The notes: a model not told the origin generated them from the sequence alone. Counted from the first letter of the stretch, positions 16,811 to 26,110 are shown. The stretch: 26,633 bases of DNA from a virus (IMGVR_UViG_3300010224_000034:1-26633); one strand, 5' to 3'. A program made the numbers and translations.

Positions 16811-16839
16811 GGTCCTGCTCCTGCCGCGTTGCCGTGTTG

Positions 16840-16876
16840 ACCCCCGCCCGCCGACACGGCAGCGGCGGGCGGGGGT
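16840..16876. terminator. 14-bp perfect hairpin after the major tail gene
   Basis: ACCCCCGCCCGCCG-9 nt-CGGCGGGCGGGGGT. No U-tract. Confidence 0.55.
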
Positions 16877-16887
16877 GTCTGCAGGGA

Positions 16888-17433
16888 TCAGGCCGTGAAC
16901 TTGTGGTCCTCGGCGATCGGCTCGCCACCGGCCGGCACCAGCGACACGGTGCACGCGAGCTCGTCGAACTCGCCGTCTCCGGTCTCGCCCTTGCGGCGAG
17001 CGCCGATGTCGTAGAGGAAGATGTCGCCGACGTCGTTCGCCGCGAGAGCGTCGGTGTCCTCGCCGTCCTTGCCGTCGAGGATCACGACGATGGCCTGCGT
17101 GCCGGGGACGAACGCCTCGTAGACCTCGTTGCCGGGAGCGCCCGCCGTGCCCACCTTCTGCGGCAGGTACGAGAACTGGGCGTCCACGGCCGGGAAGTTG
17201 ACCAGGCCGAGCCGTGTCGGGGACACCTTCGACCCCATCTTGCGGGGACCCTCGCCGGTGTTCTGGGTCGGGACCGGTCGCAGGCTGCCGTAGAAGTGCA
17301 GCGACGCGAAGAGGCCGCCGTTGACCTCGGCGAGCGTCGGGATGCCGGTGGTCGCGGCGACGTCGGCCGGGTCGAGGATGACGACGGTGCGCTGGCCGAG
17401 GGCCTTCGCGGTGGGCGGGTTGGTGAGCGGCAT
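16888..17433 (-). CDS. Major tail protein
   Basis: PTLAEVNGG motif typical of actinophage tail tubes, 181 aa, AAGGAG SD and expected synteny. Confidence 0.9.
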   Translation of the reverse strand: MPLTNPPTAKALGQRTVVILDPADVAATTGIPTLAEVNGGLFASLHFYGSLRPVPTQNTGEGPRKMGSKVSPTRLGLVNFPAVDAQFSYLPQKVGTAGAPGNEVYEAFVPGTQAIVVILDGKDGEDTDALAANDVGDIFLYDIGARRKGETGDGEFDELACTVSLVPAGGEPIAEDHKFTA

Positions 17434-17434
17434 G

Positions 17435-17590
17435 TCAGGACTCCTTGGAAGGCTCGATGGTGGTGTCGGACTGCTCGGCCGACTCGTCGGCCTTCTTCGC
17501 CGCGGGCGGTGCGCTCGCGGACGTCTTCTTGGCCGCCTTCGGGCGGGACGTGGCCCGGTTGGCGAGCGCGGTACGCAGGTGCGAGTTCAT
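17435..17590 (-). CDS. 51-aa low-complexity hypothetical protein
   Basis: MNSHLRTALANRATSRPKAAKK... with AGGAGGAG SD. Confidence 0.65.
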   Translation of the reverse strand: MNSHLRTALANRATSRPKAAKKTSASAPPAAKKADESAEQSDTTIEPSKES

Positions 17591-17598
17591 GGCTCCTC

Positions 17599-18012
17599 CT
17601 AGAGCGCGTAGGTCCACTGGGACAGGCCGGAATACCGGCCGTCGTCGGCTTCGACCGCGGAGGTCGTCTCGTGGGTGATCGGCGTCGAGGTGACGCCGTT
17701 GACCGTGATCCGTCGCCCGCGGCCAGGGGTGCTCTCCAGCGCGGCGCGGACCCAGCCGCCGACGAGCCGCGCGTTGGCGGCAGACGTGTCGACGAAGCGG
17801 CACGAGACGCGCCAGCCGGTACGGTCAGTGCCTCCGGCGCGGTTCGGGGCGACGTAGCGGCGCTCGACCGAGAGCAGCACGAAAGCGTCCGGCGTGTCAC
17901 CGGGAACGTCCTTCTCGCCGGGCACTCGGCCGAAGTCGTAGACGTGGTCGCCGATTTCGCCGGCTGTCAGGAGCGCCTTGAGCGCGTCCCACTGGGCCTG
18001 CTCGTCAGTCAT
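17599..18012 (-). CDS. Tail terminator
   Basis: MTDEQAQWDALKALL...VYDFGRVPG...AFVLL. ATGA coupling and synteny. Confidence 0.8.
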   Translation of the reverse strand: MTDEQAQWDALKALLTAGEIGDHVYDFGRVPGEKDVPGDTPDAFVLLSVERRYVAPNRAGGTDRTGWRVSCRFVDTSAANARLVGGWVRAALESTPGRGRRITVNGVTSTPITHETTSAVEADDGRYSGLSQWTYAL

Positions 18013-18419
18013 CGGGCACCCGGCCAGAAGAGGCCGTCGAGCATGTTCTCGACGTCGCGGTGAAACTTCGGCCGGATCAGGTCGAGGCTGTTCGCGAGGT
18101 CGTTGTGCGGCGGCTGGTTGCGCGAGCCGCCCTCGAACGACATGCCGCCCTGGCGACGGCTGGAGTCGGGACCGTACTCGCCCTGGATCTCGCCGCCGCC
18201 GAAGCCGACGAAGTTGCGGGTCGAACGGTCCCAGGTGATCGCGTTCGGGTAGTGCTTGCCGTGCGCGCCGGCGGTCCACTTCGCGATGCGGCGCGCGGTC
18301 CTGCCGCCGTCGGCGACGTTCTCGCGGACCACGCGGGAGCCCTCGCGGTAGAGCGTCGGGCCGAGCTGTGCAAGGTCGCGCTGCAGGTCGTCGAGGGTGT
18401 GCGTGGCACGGACGCGCAT
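18009..18419 (-). CDS. Neck / tail completion protein (HK97 gp10-like)
   Basis: LDDLQRDL...YPNAITWD...EYGP...FEGGSRNQPPH pattern and synteny. Confidence 0.8.
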   Translation of the reverse strand: MRVRATHTLDDLQRDLAQLGPTLYREGSRVVRENVADGGRTARRIAKWTAGAHGKHYPNAITWDRSTRNFVGFGGGEIQGEYGPDSSRRQGGMSFEGGSRNQPPHNDLANSLDLIRPKFHRDVENMLDGLFWPGAR

Positions 18420-18421
18420 GG

Positions 18422-18832
18422 TCACCACTCCTTCGGGCGATCGACCGCAACCACAGGGACGCGGCGCGCTGTCGCCTGGTCCTGCCAGTCGGCCTCGATG
18501 ATCTGGAGCACGGCGCCGGCGTTCTCGCCTGCGGTGATCTCGACGAGGTCGCCGTCGCGCAGGTCGGTCGTGCTCGCCGGGAAGTGCTGGATGCGGGCGG
18601 CCACCGTGAACTCGGCACCGCCGACGTTGCGGGTGCGGTAGGGCGAGGCGTTGCCCGCCGTTCCCGACTGTCTGGTCGGCAGGTTCTCGTGGACGACCTC
18701 CCATGCCGGGACCTCGCGGCCACGCTCGTCGGTCGTCATCGCGCCCGTCTTGCGCCGCACCGTGGCGCGTGAGGTCATCCGCGACTCGGCCTGCGCTCGC
18801 AGGCGCGGCAGCGCGGCGAGAGCGGCCCTCAC
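18422..18832 (-). CDS. Head-to-tail stopper (DUF6093-like)
   Basis: RAQAESRMTSRATVRR...DQATARRVPV. GTGA coupling. Confidence 0.8.
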   Translation of the reverse strand: MRAALAALPRLRAQAESRMTSRATVRRKTGAMTTDERGREVPAWEVVHENLPTRQSGTAGNASPYRTRNVGGAEFTVAARIQHFPASTTDLRDGDLVEITAGENAGAVLQIIEADWQDQATARRVPVVAVDRPKEW

Positions 18833-19377
18833 TGGCCGCCGCCGAAGCGAGCACGGAGCCAGCGGCGCGTCGACTCGGGGACCTCGACGGGCGAGACCTG
18901 CGAGGCAGCGTCGTCGGTGTACGCCTCGGTGGCGTCGTCGATGCTGACCGACTTCACGCCCGCCCGAGAGCCGCCGCCGTTGCGCTGGTGGGTGATCCAT
19001 TCGACGGCGAGCTGGGCGCACAGATCCTTGATGTCGTCAGGGACCGCCTGCCCGTGCGAGTACGTCACGGTGACCGGCACAGGGCGATGACCCCAGCCGC
19101 AGTCACGCCACAGACCCTCGGCCATCGCGATGTAGTCAGTGACCGGCTCGCCGTCCACGAGGACCGCCGAGACGGTGCCGACGACACCGGGGAGACGGAG
19201 CAGCAGGTGACCCGGTTCAGCCGGGACCGACACCGTGCTCTCGCCGGTCGAGATCATCGCGCCTGCGGCATCGCGGATCGCCGCAGAGGCGACCTCGAGC
19301 GCACGGGGCGCGAGGGTGTCGGAGAAATACGCCTCAGGGAGGTCCGACGCGGACGCGAGTGGGCTCAGAACGGCCAC
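18829..19377 (-). CDS. Head-to-tail adaptor
   Basis: LASASDL...ASAAIRDAAG...VTVTYSHG..VPDDIKDL...SVSIDD. GTG 19377 with GAGGAGG SD. Confidence 0.85.
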   Translation of the reverse strand: MAVLSPLASASDLPEAYFSDTLAPRALEVASAAIRDAAGAMISTGESTVSVPAEPGHLLLRLPGVVGTVSAVLVDGEPVTDYIAMAEGLWRDCGWGHRPVPVTVTYSHGQAVPDDIKDLCAQLAVEWITHQRNGGGSRAGVKSVSIDDATEAYTDDAASQVSPVEVPESTRRWLRARFGGGQ

Positions 19378-19393
19378 AGCAAACCTCCTCGGG

Positions 19394-19936
19394 TCAGCGG
19401 ATGCGTTGGCCCAGCGGGAAGTGCAGATGCACCGGCTGGATGTGCCAGGGGATCGGGACCTCGGCCCGCACGTGGTCGTGATGCCACTTCGAGAACCGGG
19501 TGTCATTCACGGGATCGCGCCCGCGAACAGTGGCCTTGTATGCCTGCCACAGCGCGCGAGGGATGTACGTCATACCGAACCCGAACAGGTGGCTATGGGT
19601 GTCCCCCTCGGTCACCCATCGCGCACCCGAGATGTCGTCAGGGTCGTCGTCGCGCAGACGCCTCATGACCCAATGAGGACCGCGGTCCCGCTTGAGTGTG
19701 TAGATCCGATACGGCGCCGCATGAACGGCGTCCGGCTCGGAGGCGATGAGATCGCGCATCGCGTCGAAGTGCTCGGCCCCGACGGCGATGTCCCACTCGA
19801 TGATGAGCAGGTCGTCGTCGGCCTCGTCGAACATCCCCCGGTAGTCGTACTCCCGCATGACGTACCGGGGGATGTCGTCGACGACGCGTGCGCGGCTCGG
19901 CGGCACTTCGGCCGGCCAAGACCGCAGCACGATCAC
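19394..19936 (-). CDS. Putative GT-A fold glycosyltransferase-like protein
   Basis: LLIIEWD (DxD-like), GFGMTYIPR, NDTRFS and C-terminal VHLH, in GT-A order. GTGA coupling. Confidence 0.6.
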   Translation of the reverse strand: MIVLRSWPAEVPPSRARVVDDIPRYVMREYDYRGMFDEADDDLLIIEWDIAVGAEHFDAMRDLIASEPDAVHAAPYRIYTLKRDRGPHWVMRRLRDDDPDDISGARWVTEGDTHSHLFGFGMTYIPRALWQAYKATVRGRDPVNDTRFSKWHHDHVRAEVPIPWHIQPVHLHFPLGQRIR

Positions 19937-20118
19937 TCGGCGCCGGCCCCCTTGGCAGCGGCCTTGCGTGCCGGCTTCTCAGCGGCCTCGACCTCGTAGC
20001 CGTGGCGCTTGAAGTAGGCGATCGCGTTCGCTTCGTCGGTCTCGCCGACTCCGTCGATGAACGCGACGCCCGCGCGCTTGCCGATGTAGTCGGCGTTCGG
20101 AGCAGTGATCTTCGCCAT
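19933..20118 (-). CDS. Small protein following the major capsid gene
   Basis: MAKITAPNADYIGKRAGVAFIDGVGET...YFKRHGYEV. GAGGA SD. Confidence 0.8.
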   Translation of the reverse strand: MAKITAPNADYIGKRAGVAFIDGVGETDEANAIAYFKRHGYEVEAAEKPARKAAAKGAGAE

Positions 20119-20126
20119 CAGGTTCC

Positions 20127-21137
20127 TCACTTGATCTTGACGTTGCGGAGCACCGCGGCGCCCGTGGTGCGCTTGAGGACCGGAGCCGCGACCATCTCGA
20201 CCTCACCCTTCTTGACCGCGCCGGCGGTCGAGAAGTCGGGCAGCCAGGTCTTGACGAGCGGGCCGGTCTTGGAGACGGCATGGAAGGCGTCGAGGCCGAA
20301 CTTCACCGCGTAGAGGTCGGTGAGGTTCGTGATGCTGCCGCCCGAGCCCGTGCCGTCGGTGTCGCGCGACTCAGTCGGGACGATCGGGCCCTCGGTGGTC
20401 GAGCCCTCCGAGACCGTGTTGCCGGCATCGATCAGCGGCACGCCCGCGAACATCGTCAGCGGACGACCGAAGGCGTCCTCGGACTGGCTCACGTAGCCGG
20501 CGAGCCGGCCGATGCGGGCTAGGGCGATGAGCCCGGCCTGGTTGCCGATGATGACGTCGGCGCCGCCGACGACCTTCGCGATGAACTCCTCGAACGCGGA
20601 GATCGCGTTGATGGCCTTCGCCTGCGTGTCGACCGTGCTCGCCGTGATGTCGAGGTAGCCAGCCCCAGAGGGGATGACCTCCGACGTGGTCCCGGTCAGC
20701 ATCGCGTCGAGGCCATCGAAGCCGTTCGCGTTGACGGCGGTGTCGCCGTTCACGAGCTGGTCGATGAACCCGTTGACCGAGCCCTTGAGGAGCTCGTCCA
20801 TCTGGAAGTTGACCTCGTTGGTCCGCGCGGAGCCGAGGTCGGCGACGACGCGGTCGACCTGGAACGAACCGCCGAGCGGAACGAGGTCGACGGTCTGCCG
20901 GACGCGGGTTGCGTTGCTCGCGGTGTACTCGCTGTTGATCGCGCGGAACGCGGCCTTGCGAGCGTTCACGAGCTGCGTGTACCCGTAGGTCAGGGTCGCA
21001 CCGCCCGTGCCGGGGCTCACGCAGTCGTCGAAGGTCAGCCGGTCCAGCAGGTAGCTGTAGCGGCGGTACTTGTCGATGACGTTGAAGTCGACGTCGTCCT
21101 GGGTGTTCTTCTGGGCGTCTGCCAGAGTGATGGCCAT
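20127..21137 (-). CDS. Major capsid protein (HK97 fold)
   Basis: 336 aa after the scaffold, GGAGG SD, NGFDGL motif, C-terminal GAAVLRNVKI and strong codon bias. Confidence 0.93.
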   Translation of the reverse strand: MAITLADAQKNTQDDVDFNVIDKYRRYSYLLDRLTFDDCVSPGTGGATLTYGYTQLVNARKAAFRAINSEYTASNATRVRQTVDLVPLGGSFQVDRVVADLGSARTNEVNFQMDELLKGSVNGFIDQLVNGDTAVNANGFDGLDAMLTGTTSEVIPSGAGYLDITASTVDTQAKAINAISAFEEFIAKVVGGADVIIGNQAGLIALARIGRLAGYVSQSEDAFGRPLTMFAGVPLIDAGNTVSEGSTTEGPIVPTESRDTDGTGSGGSITNLTDLYAVKFGLDAFHAVSKTGPLVKTWLPDFSTAGAVKKGEVEMVAAPVLKRTTGAAVLRNVKIK

Positions 21138-21146
21138 GAGAGCCTC

Positions 21147-21806
21147 CTAGCTCTTGTCGTAGTGGCGGGAGATGGCTTCTCCCAGAGACTTCGCGCGGGA
21201 CGGGGTGTCCTTGCGAGCACCGCCGTCTGCGTCGCCCTGGAACCGGCCGCCTTGCGCGAGCAGGTGGGGCTTCTTCTCGCCTAGCTCCTTGAGAGCGTCA
21301 GCGATGGCCTCGACGTCGATCTTGTCGTTGTCGTCGAGGAAGTCGTCGTGGTTGTGCGTGCGGAGGAGCACGGCGACGGCGTCCTCCGGGTCGGCGAAGG
21401 CGCGGGCCTTCACCTCGATCTTGTCTTCGATCCGCCCACGGAGCGCCTCGCGCTCGACTTCGGCTCGGATCGCGTCCCTGTCGGGGACGTCGTCCTTCTG
21501 GGTGTCGTCCTTCTTCTCGCCGACCGGCTTGCCGCCATCGAGTTGCTTGAGTCGGGCAGCGTCCTTGCGGGTGCGGCGCTCGAGGTTGCGGTTGATCCGC
21601 TGCTGCGCCTCGAACTTGGCTTTCCAGTCGATCGCCTCGTCGCCGTCGTCGGCGTCGGAGTCGTCCTCCTGGTCGCCTCCCTCGTCGGGGTCGTCGTCAT
21701 GCTCGTCGTCGAGTTCCATCGAGAACCCACCGAACCGAGCGCGGTTGCGAGCGAACGTCTCCTCGAGCCATGCGGCGTCGGCCAGAGACAGGGTGGTGCG
21801 CTTCAT
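21147..21806 (-). CDS. Capsid scaffolding protein
   Basis: Acidic N-terminal tract, coiled coil and KPHL...FQGDADGGAR. Immediately upstream of the capsid gene. Confidence 0.9.
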   Translation of the reverse strand: MKRTTLSLADAAWLEETFARNRARFGGFSMELDDEHDDDPDEGGDQEDDSDADDGDEAIDWKAKFEAQQRINRNLERRTRKDAARLKQLDGGKPVGEKKDDTQKDDVPDRDAIRAEVEREALRGRIEDKIEVKARAFADPEDAVAVLLRTHNHDDFLDDNDKIDVEAIADALKELGEKKPHLLAQGGRFQGDADGGARKDTPSRAKSLGEAISRHYDKS

Positions 21807-21809
21807 GTG

Positions 21810-21848
21810 CTCTCCTTGCGAGAGGTTCGCCGGCGCCTCGCGCGCCGG
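21810..21848 (-). promoter_or_regulatory. Tandem GCRAG-pentaloop hairpins in the scaffold leader
   Basis: CCGGCGC-GCGAG-GCGCCGG and CTCTC-GCAAG-GAGAG. The second hairpin contains the SD. Confidence 0.6.
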
Positions 21849-21854
21849 GACGTT

Positions 21855-22967
21855 TCAGGCGAAGTAGCCGTACTGCCTAAGTAGCTCGATCGCCTTGCCG
21901 TGGTCGTTGCCGGCGATCTGGTAGATCTGCTCAGGCATCAGGCGGGCGCGGTTAGTGCGCCGCTCGGTGTAGTTCGCGACGGCGCCTCGGCGACCGACAT
22001 TGCGGGCCGTGGTGCCGGCGGCCTTGAACCACTGCTCATAGCCGTACTTCTTCGCGGCGTATCCACCGCCGTACCAGCCGCGTCGAGTAGCGCCCTCGCT
22101 CGTGACAAGACGCGTCCCGCTGCCGCGGTGACCGGCGACAGCCATCCCTCGGCGCGCGTTGACGACCTGATTCATGTCGGCACCGTCACGGATCGCCTGC
22201 GCTCCGGCCTTCGTGAACGCCTTGTCCTGCTCGGCCTCCGAGAGAGAGTCGAACAGCGCCGAGGGGTTCGTTCGCGGGTCCGTGTCTGACTTCTCGCCCC
22301 ACGGGATGTGGATGCATCGGCACAGCGGATGCCGCTCGAAGCCGTCATTCCACAGGTAGAACTTCCCGGCCAAGATGACGCACCGCGAGCACGGGACGCT
22401 GCGCTTCCCGCCCTCAGGATTGAGCATCCGCACGTAGCCCTCGACCCACTCGCGCTGGACGGTGGCGGCCGACTCTGCAGCGCGGGCGGTCTCGGCAATG
22501 ATCTCATTGAAGATGAGGTCGGCGTAGTCCTGCGCGGAACCTAGCGCCATCTCCGCGAGCTCTCGCCGCGTCGGGGCACCCTTGGGGAGGGCCCCCGCCG
22601 CATCGAGCAGGTCGTCGTAGGTGGTCGCGGCCCTCGTTACCGTGAGGCCGAGGAGTCCAGTGATCGGGCGTCCGTCTCCGGCATACCCAAGGAACGCGTT
22701 CGGATTGAGCACGCCTGACCGCGCCTTCGGGCCGAATGCAAGCTCGTTGAGAACGGCGGGCACGTAGTTATCAGACTCGCGCACGGCTTCAAGCTGGCCG
22801 GCCGCGGCGATGAGGAGGAGTTGCGGCCCAACCTGCTCGTCGTACTGCTGCTGCCAGTTCGCCTGCGGCCTGAACTGCCGCCATGCGCGGCGAGCGGCCT
22901 TGATCGCCGACGCGGTGAGAACTGCCAGGGCCGCCCGGTGCCTAGTCGCCGCTGCCGGAACGGCCAC
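21855..22967 (-). CDS. MuF-like minor capsid / head morphogenesis protein
   Basis: GYVRM...CSRC..LAG...F.RHPLCRCIHIP and GADMNQVVNARRG. Follows the portal. Confidence 0.85.
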   Translation of the reverse strand: MAVPAAATRHRAALAVLTASAIKAARRAWRQFRPQANWQQQYDEQVGPQLLLIAAAGQLEAVRESDNYVPAVLNELAFGPKARSGVLNPNAFLGYAGDGRPITGLLGLTVTRAATTYDDLLDAAGALPKGAPTRRELAEMALGSAQDYADLIFNEIIAETARAAESAATVQREWVEGYVRMLNPEGGKRSVPCSRCVILAGKFYLWNDGFERHPLCRCIHIPWGEKSDTDPRTNPSALFDSLSEAEQDKAFTKAGAQAIRDGADMNQVVNARRGMAVAGHRGSGTRLVTSEGATRRGWYGGGYAAKKYGYEQWFKAAGTTARNVGRRGAVANYTERRTNRARLMPEQIYQIAGNDHGKAIELLRQYGYFA

Positions 22968-24423
22968 CGGTCAGCCCTGCCGCGATTCGGTCAATGATCG
23001 GGTCAGCGGAGTCTCCGCGCTCAGCGTCGATCCGCTCCATCTCGCGGTCGATCTCAGGCTCGGTCATGCCGTAGCGCCGCTCGAGGATGGTCCGCAGCGA
23101 GATGCCGATCGAGCGGTCTTTCGTAGCGGCGTCAGCGACCTGGGCGAGAGAGTGCATCGCCGGGTCCTTCCACTGCACGAGGTGGGCGCCGTCAGCCTCG
23201 ACGATCGCCTCTGCCGAGCCCTTGTCGTTGCGCGTGAGCGCCATCAGGCGCAGCGTGCGCTTCGCGGCCGGCGTGAGGTGCACCTGCTGGTTCCCGACCT
23301 TCGTCGCCAGCGGCACCTCGGCAGCCGTGAGCGCGTCGCCGTTGAGGTTGGCGAACTTCTCGTTTGACAGCAGGTAGTGGCCCGGCGTCGAGGTCTGCGC
23401 AGCGATGTGGCTGATCGCCTCGTTCACCACGTCGGTGAACACGTCGAGCTTGGCGGCGTCCCACGAGCCGATTCCTTGCGCGCCAGGCAGGAACAGGAGT
23501 CGGCCCTGCGCGAGGTCCTCCATCTTCGCCGGGCGCTTGCCGATGACCTGACCGTTCTCGTCGAGAATCGGCACATTCGGCGGCTCGCCCTGCACGACGC
23601 GCGCCGGCATCGAGGCGTAGTCGGCGGCCACGAACAGGTAGCCCCACATCAGGTTGATCGCGTCCTGCATCGCCTTGACGCCGGCGATGTCGGAGATCGG
23701 GTCACCCGAGAGCAGGGGACGGTTCGGCCACTCGACAACCGGGACCTCACCGTAAGGGTTCGGCAGCGGCCAAGCCTCGTCGGCGACCTCCCGCGGCTCC
23801 CAGCCGCCGTCACCGATCTGCGCGGCATGCGGGACGTAGATGCCGTTCTCGGTGCGACCGTCGTTCACGGTGACGCTGGCCGCCCGCTTGAACTTCCACA
23901 CGTCGGCCGGGAGGTAGAGAGTGGCGAACTCGGTGTCGTCGTCGGTCCAGACCTTCAGTGCAGAGAGAATCTGGCGACCACTGGAGTCCGTCTCGACGAT
24001 CATCTGACCCGGGTGCTCCCAGGTCATGACCGGGTTCTCGTCCTTGTCGCCCCAGACGAGCGTGAACGAGCGGCGAGCCACAACCGTCGAGAGAAACCCC
24101 TGGTTCGACTGCGCGGTCATCTCGTTGCGGTTCCAGTCGGCCCAGAGCTGCTTCTCGGCGGGCGTGGCGAGCGACGTGGAGTCGCTGAGCCGGAAGCCGT
24201 CGATGCGCAGTCGGTCGACAGGAGCGCGAGCGACGACGCCGCACCAGTTGTCGGCGAACCCGCGGTAACGGTCCTGGTGGAACATCCGCCATGTCGGGGT
24301 CGCGTAGACGAGAGGGTGCTTCCCGCTGAAGTAGTCGAAGAGGTCGTCGACGTCCTTGCGGCGCCGCATGAGACGACGGTGAAGCGTCAGCACCTGAGAA
24401 AGGGCCTGCTGGGCGGTGGTCAC
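22942..24423 (-). CDS. Portal protein (SPP1 gp6-like)
   Basis: DYFSGKHP, NWCGVV, NPYGEVPVV.WPN and QDAIN. GTG 24423 with GAGGGG SD. Confidence 0.93.
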   Translation of the reverse strand: MTTAQQALSQVLTLHRRLMRRRKDVDDLFDYFSGKHPLVYATPTWRMFHQDRYRGFADNWCGVVARAPVDRLRIDGFRLSDSTSLATPAEKQLWADWNRNEMTAQSNQGFLSTVVARRSFTLVWGDKDENPVMTWEHPGQMIVETDSSGRQILSALKVWTDDDTEFATLYLPADVWKFKRAASVTVNDGRTENGIYVPHAAQIGDGGWEPREVADEAWPLPNPYGEVPVVEWPNRPLLSGDPISDIAGVKAMQDAINLMWGYLFVAADYASMPARVVQGEPPNVPILDENGQVIGKRPAKMEDLAQGRLLFLPGAQGIGSWDAAKLDVFTDVVNEAISHIAAQTSTPGHYLLSNEKFANLNGDALTAAEVPLATKVGNQQVHLTPAAKRTLRLMALTRNDKGSAEAIVEADGAHLVQWKDPAMHSLAQVADAATKDRSIGISLRTILERRYGMTEPEIDREMERIDAERGDSADPIIDRIAAGLTGGRSGSGD

Positions 24424-24445
24424 GCGGCGCACCCCCTCGGGCTGG

Positions 24446-26110
24446 TCAGATGAAGTAGGCGAGGTTCTCGAACTCCTCCGGCCAGAGTCCGGCAGCAGTG
24501 ACATCGCCGGCGGCCTCGTGCGCGAGGATCGAAGGGATGGTCATGTCGATCTTTCGGCCGTCGCCGGGCTTGGCGAGGACGTAGATCCCGCTCGGACGGT
24601 GCGACCTGCGGGCGTTGCCGATGTGCCGCGACGTGATCTCGCATCCGTCGTGCGTGAACGCCGAATCGACCTTGCCGACGTCGGTCAGGAGCCGCTCGGC
24701 CGCGGCGTGCATCGGGCGGTCGCGCTGCGTGTACCACCGCACGATGACCTTGTCGCCGTACTTCTCGGCCCACGCATCGCACTCGGTCATCCAGTACGGC
24801 GGGTCGAAGTAGCCGCGGATCAGGTTGTAGGTCTTAACGATGTGCGCGAGGCCGGCGTCGACCTCGAGCCGCGGGACCTTGCCGCCGAAGTCGGCCGGGT
24901 TCCAGACCATCTCGCGCCCGTCAGGGAACCGCGGGGTGAACTGGTAGCCATCGCGGGTCTCGCAGCGGAATCCGGTCCAGTCGTCCACGTCCGAGCCGTC
25001 GAAGCCGAGCACGAGCGGCGTACCGTCCGGCACGTCCTGCGGCTTCGCGCGGGCATCCCACGCCTGACGGTCGCACCATGCGTCGGTGCCAGCCACGATC
25101 CGGTTTCCATAGAACCGCTCACCCTGCGCCGGGTCGGTGCCCTGCAACTCCTCGGCCTCAGCGAACACCGAGTCGACGTTCACGTGGGGCGAGCCGGCGT
25201 AGTTGAAGGCGATGATCTTGCGGCGATCCGACTTCAGCGCCCACCGCAGTTCGGTCGGTGGCGGCTCGTAGAACTTGAAGACGTCGGCCGACTTCGACTC
25301 GTAGGTCCTCTGGGCCACCGACGCCTCGGCCGGGTCCCAGCAGTTCGTCGTCTCCATCGACCGGCCGCCCATTGCCGCCGCGCCTCGGCGCTGCGTCTCG
25401 GCCACGCGGATGAGTTTGTTCGACGCGGTGTAGAGCTGCGTCTCATCCTGCAGCGCGAACGTGATCGGGTTGCCGAGTCGCGACTGAGCGCTTGACGTGA
25501 CGACCTCGATCTTGCCGTCGTTCGGGAGCCGGATGAACTCCTCGCCGACACGCATTAGCGAGGACAGGTACGGCCCGCGAGCCATCGCCTGCAGCGGCCG
25601 GTAGACGTTGTCTACCTGATCCTGCGAGGTCGCGAGAAGCTGAATCAGCGGCGTCGGCCAGGGCATGCCCATCGGTTCGCCGGCCATATAGGTGTACGAC
25701 CAGCCGCAGGTGCAGCCATGGTCCGCACAGCGGTAGACCTCGCCGCCCTCTGCGAACCCGCAGAACAGGACCGGGCCGACAGCCTCGCCGCAGGTGATGA
25801 CCGCGGCGAACGGACCTTTGCCGGTCTTCTGTGCCGCGACCACCTGCGAACGGCGGTAATGGAAGGCGGCAGCGCGAGTCGGGTAGCCCTCGTCATCGAA
25901 CGGCACTGCGTCCGGTCGCACGCGGTAGTGGTTCAGCGTGATCCAGAGCTGCCAGTCGTAGTGCTTCCACGCCGTGCCCTTGCGGAAGCCGTCAGGGATG
26001 ATGCAGTGCCGCTCGTGCCACGCCGGGACGATCCAGAGCGAGCAACGCACCTCGTCCCAGTCGTAGTCAGGACGCTCCACGGCCGAGGCGGCTTCGCAGG
26101 TCGGTGACAT
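24446..26110 (-). CDS. terL: Terminase large subunit
   Basis: Walker A QKTGKG, Walker B FALQDE, nuclease GFDGS..D and KID. Start could instead be GTG 26080. Confidence 0.93.
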   Translation of the reverse strand: MSPTCEAASAVERPDYDWDEVRCSLWIVPAWHERHCIIPDGFRKGTAWKHYDWQLWITLNHYRVRPDAVPFDDEGYPTRAAAFHYRRSQVVAAQKTGKGPFAAVITCGEAVGPVLFCGFAEGGEVYRCADHGCTCGWSYTYMAGEPMGMPWPTPLIQLLATSQDQVDNVYRPLQAMARGPYLSSLMRVGEEFIRLPNDGKIEVVTSSAQSRLGNPITFALQDETQLYTASNKLIRVAETQRRGAAAMGGRSMETTNCWDPAEASVAQRTYESKSADVFKFYEPPPTELRWALKSDRRKIIAFNYAGSPHVNVDSVFAEAEELQGTDPAQGERFYGNRIVAGTDAWCDRQAWDARAKPQDVPDGTPLVLGFDGSDVDDWTGFRCETRDGYQFTPRFPDGREMVWNPADFGGKVPRLEVDAGLAHIVKTYNLIRGYFDPPYWMTECDAWAEKYGDKVIVRWYTQRDRPMHAAAERLLTDVGKVDSAFTHDGCEITSRHIGNARRSHRPSGIYVLAKPGDGRKIDMTIPSILAHEAAGDVTAAGLWPEEFENLAYFI

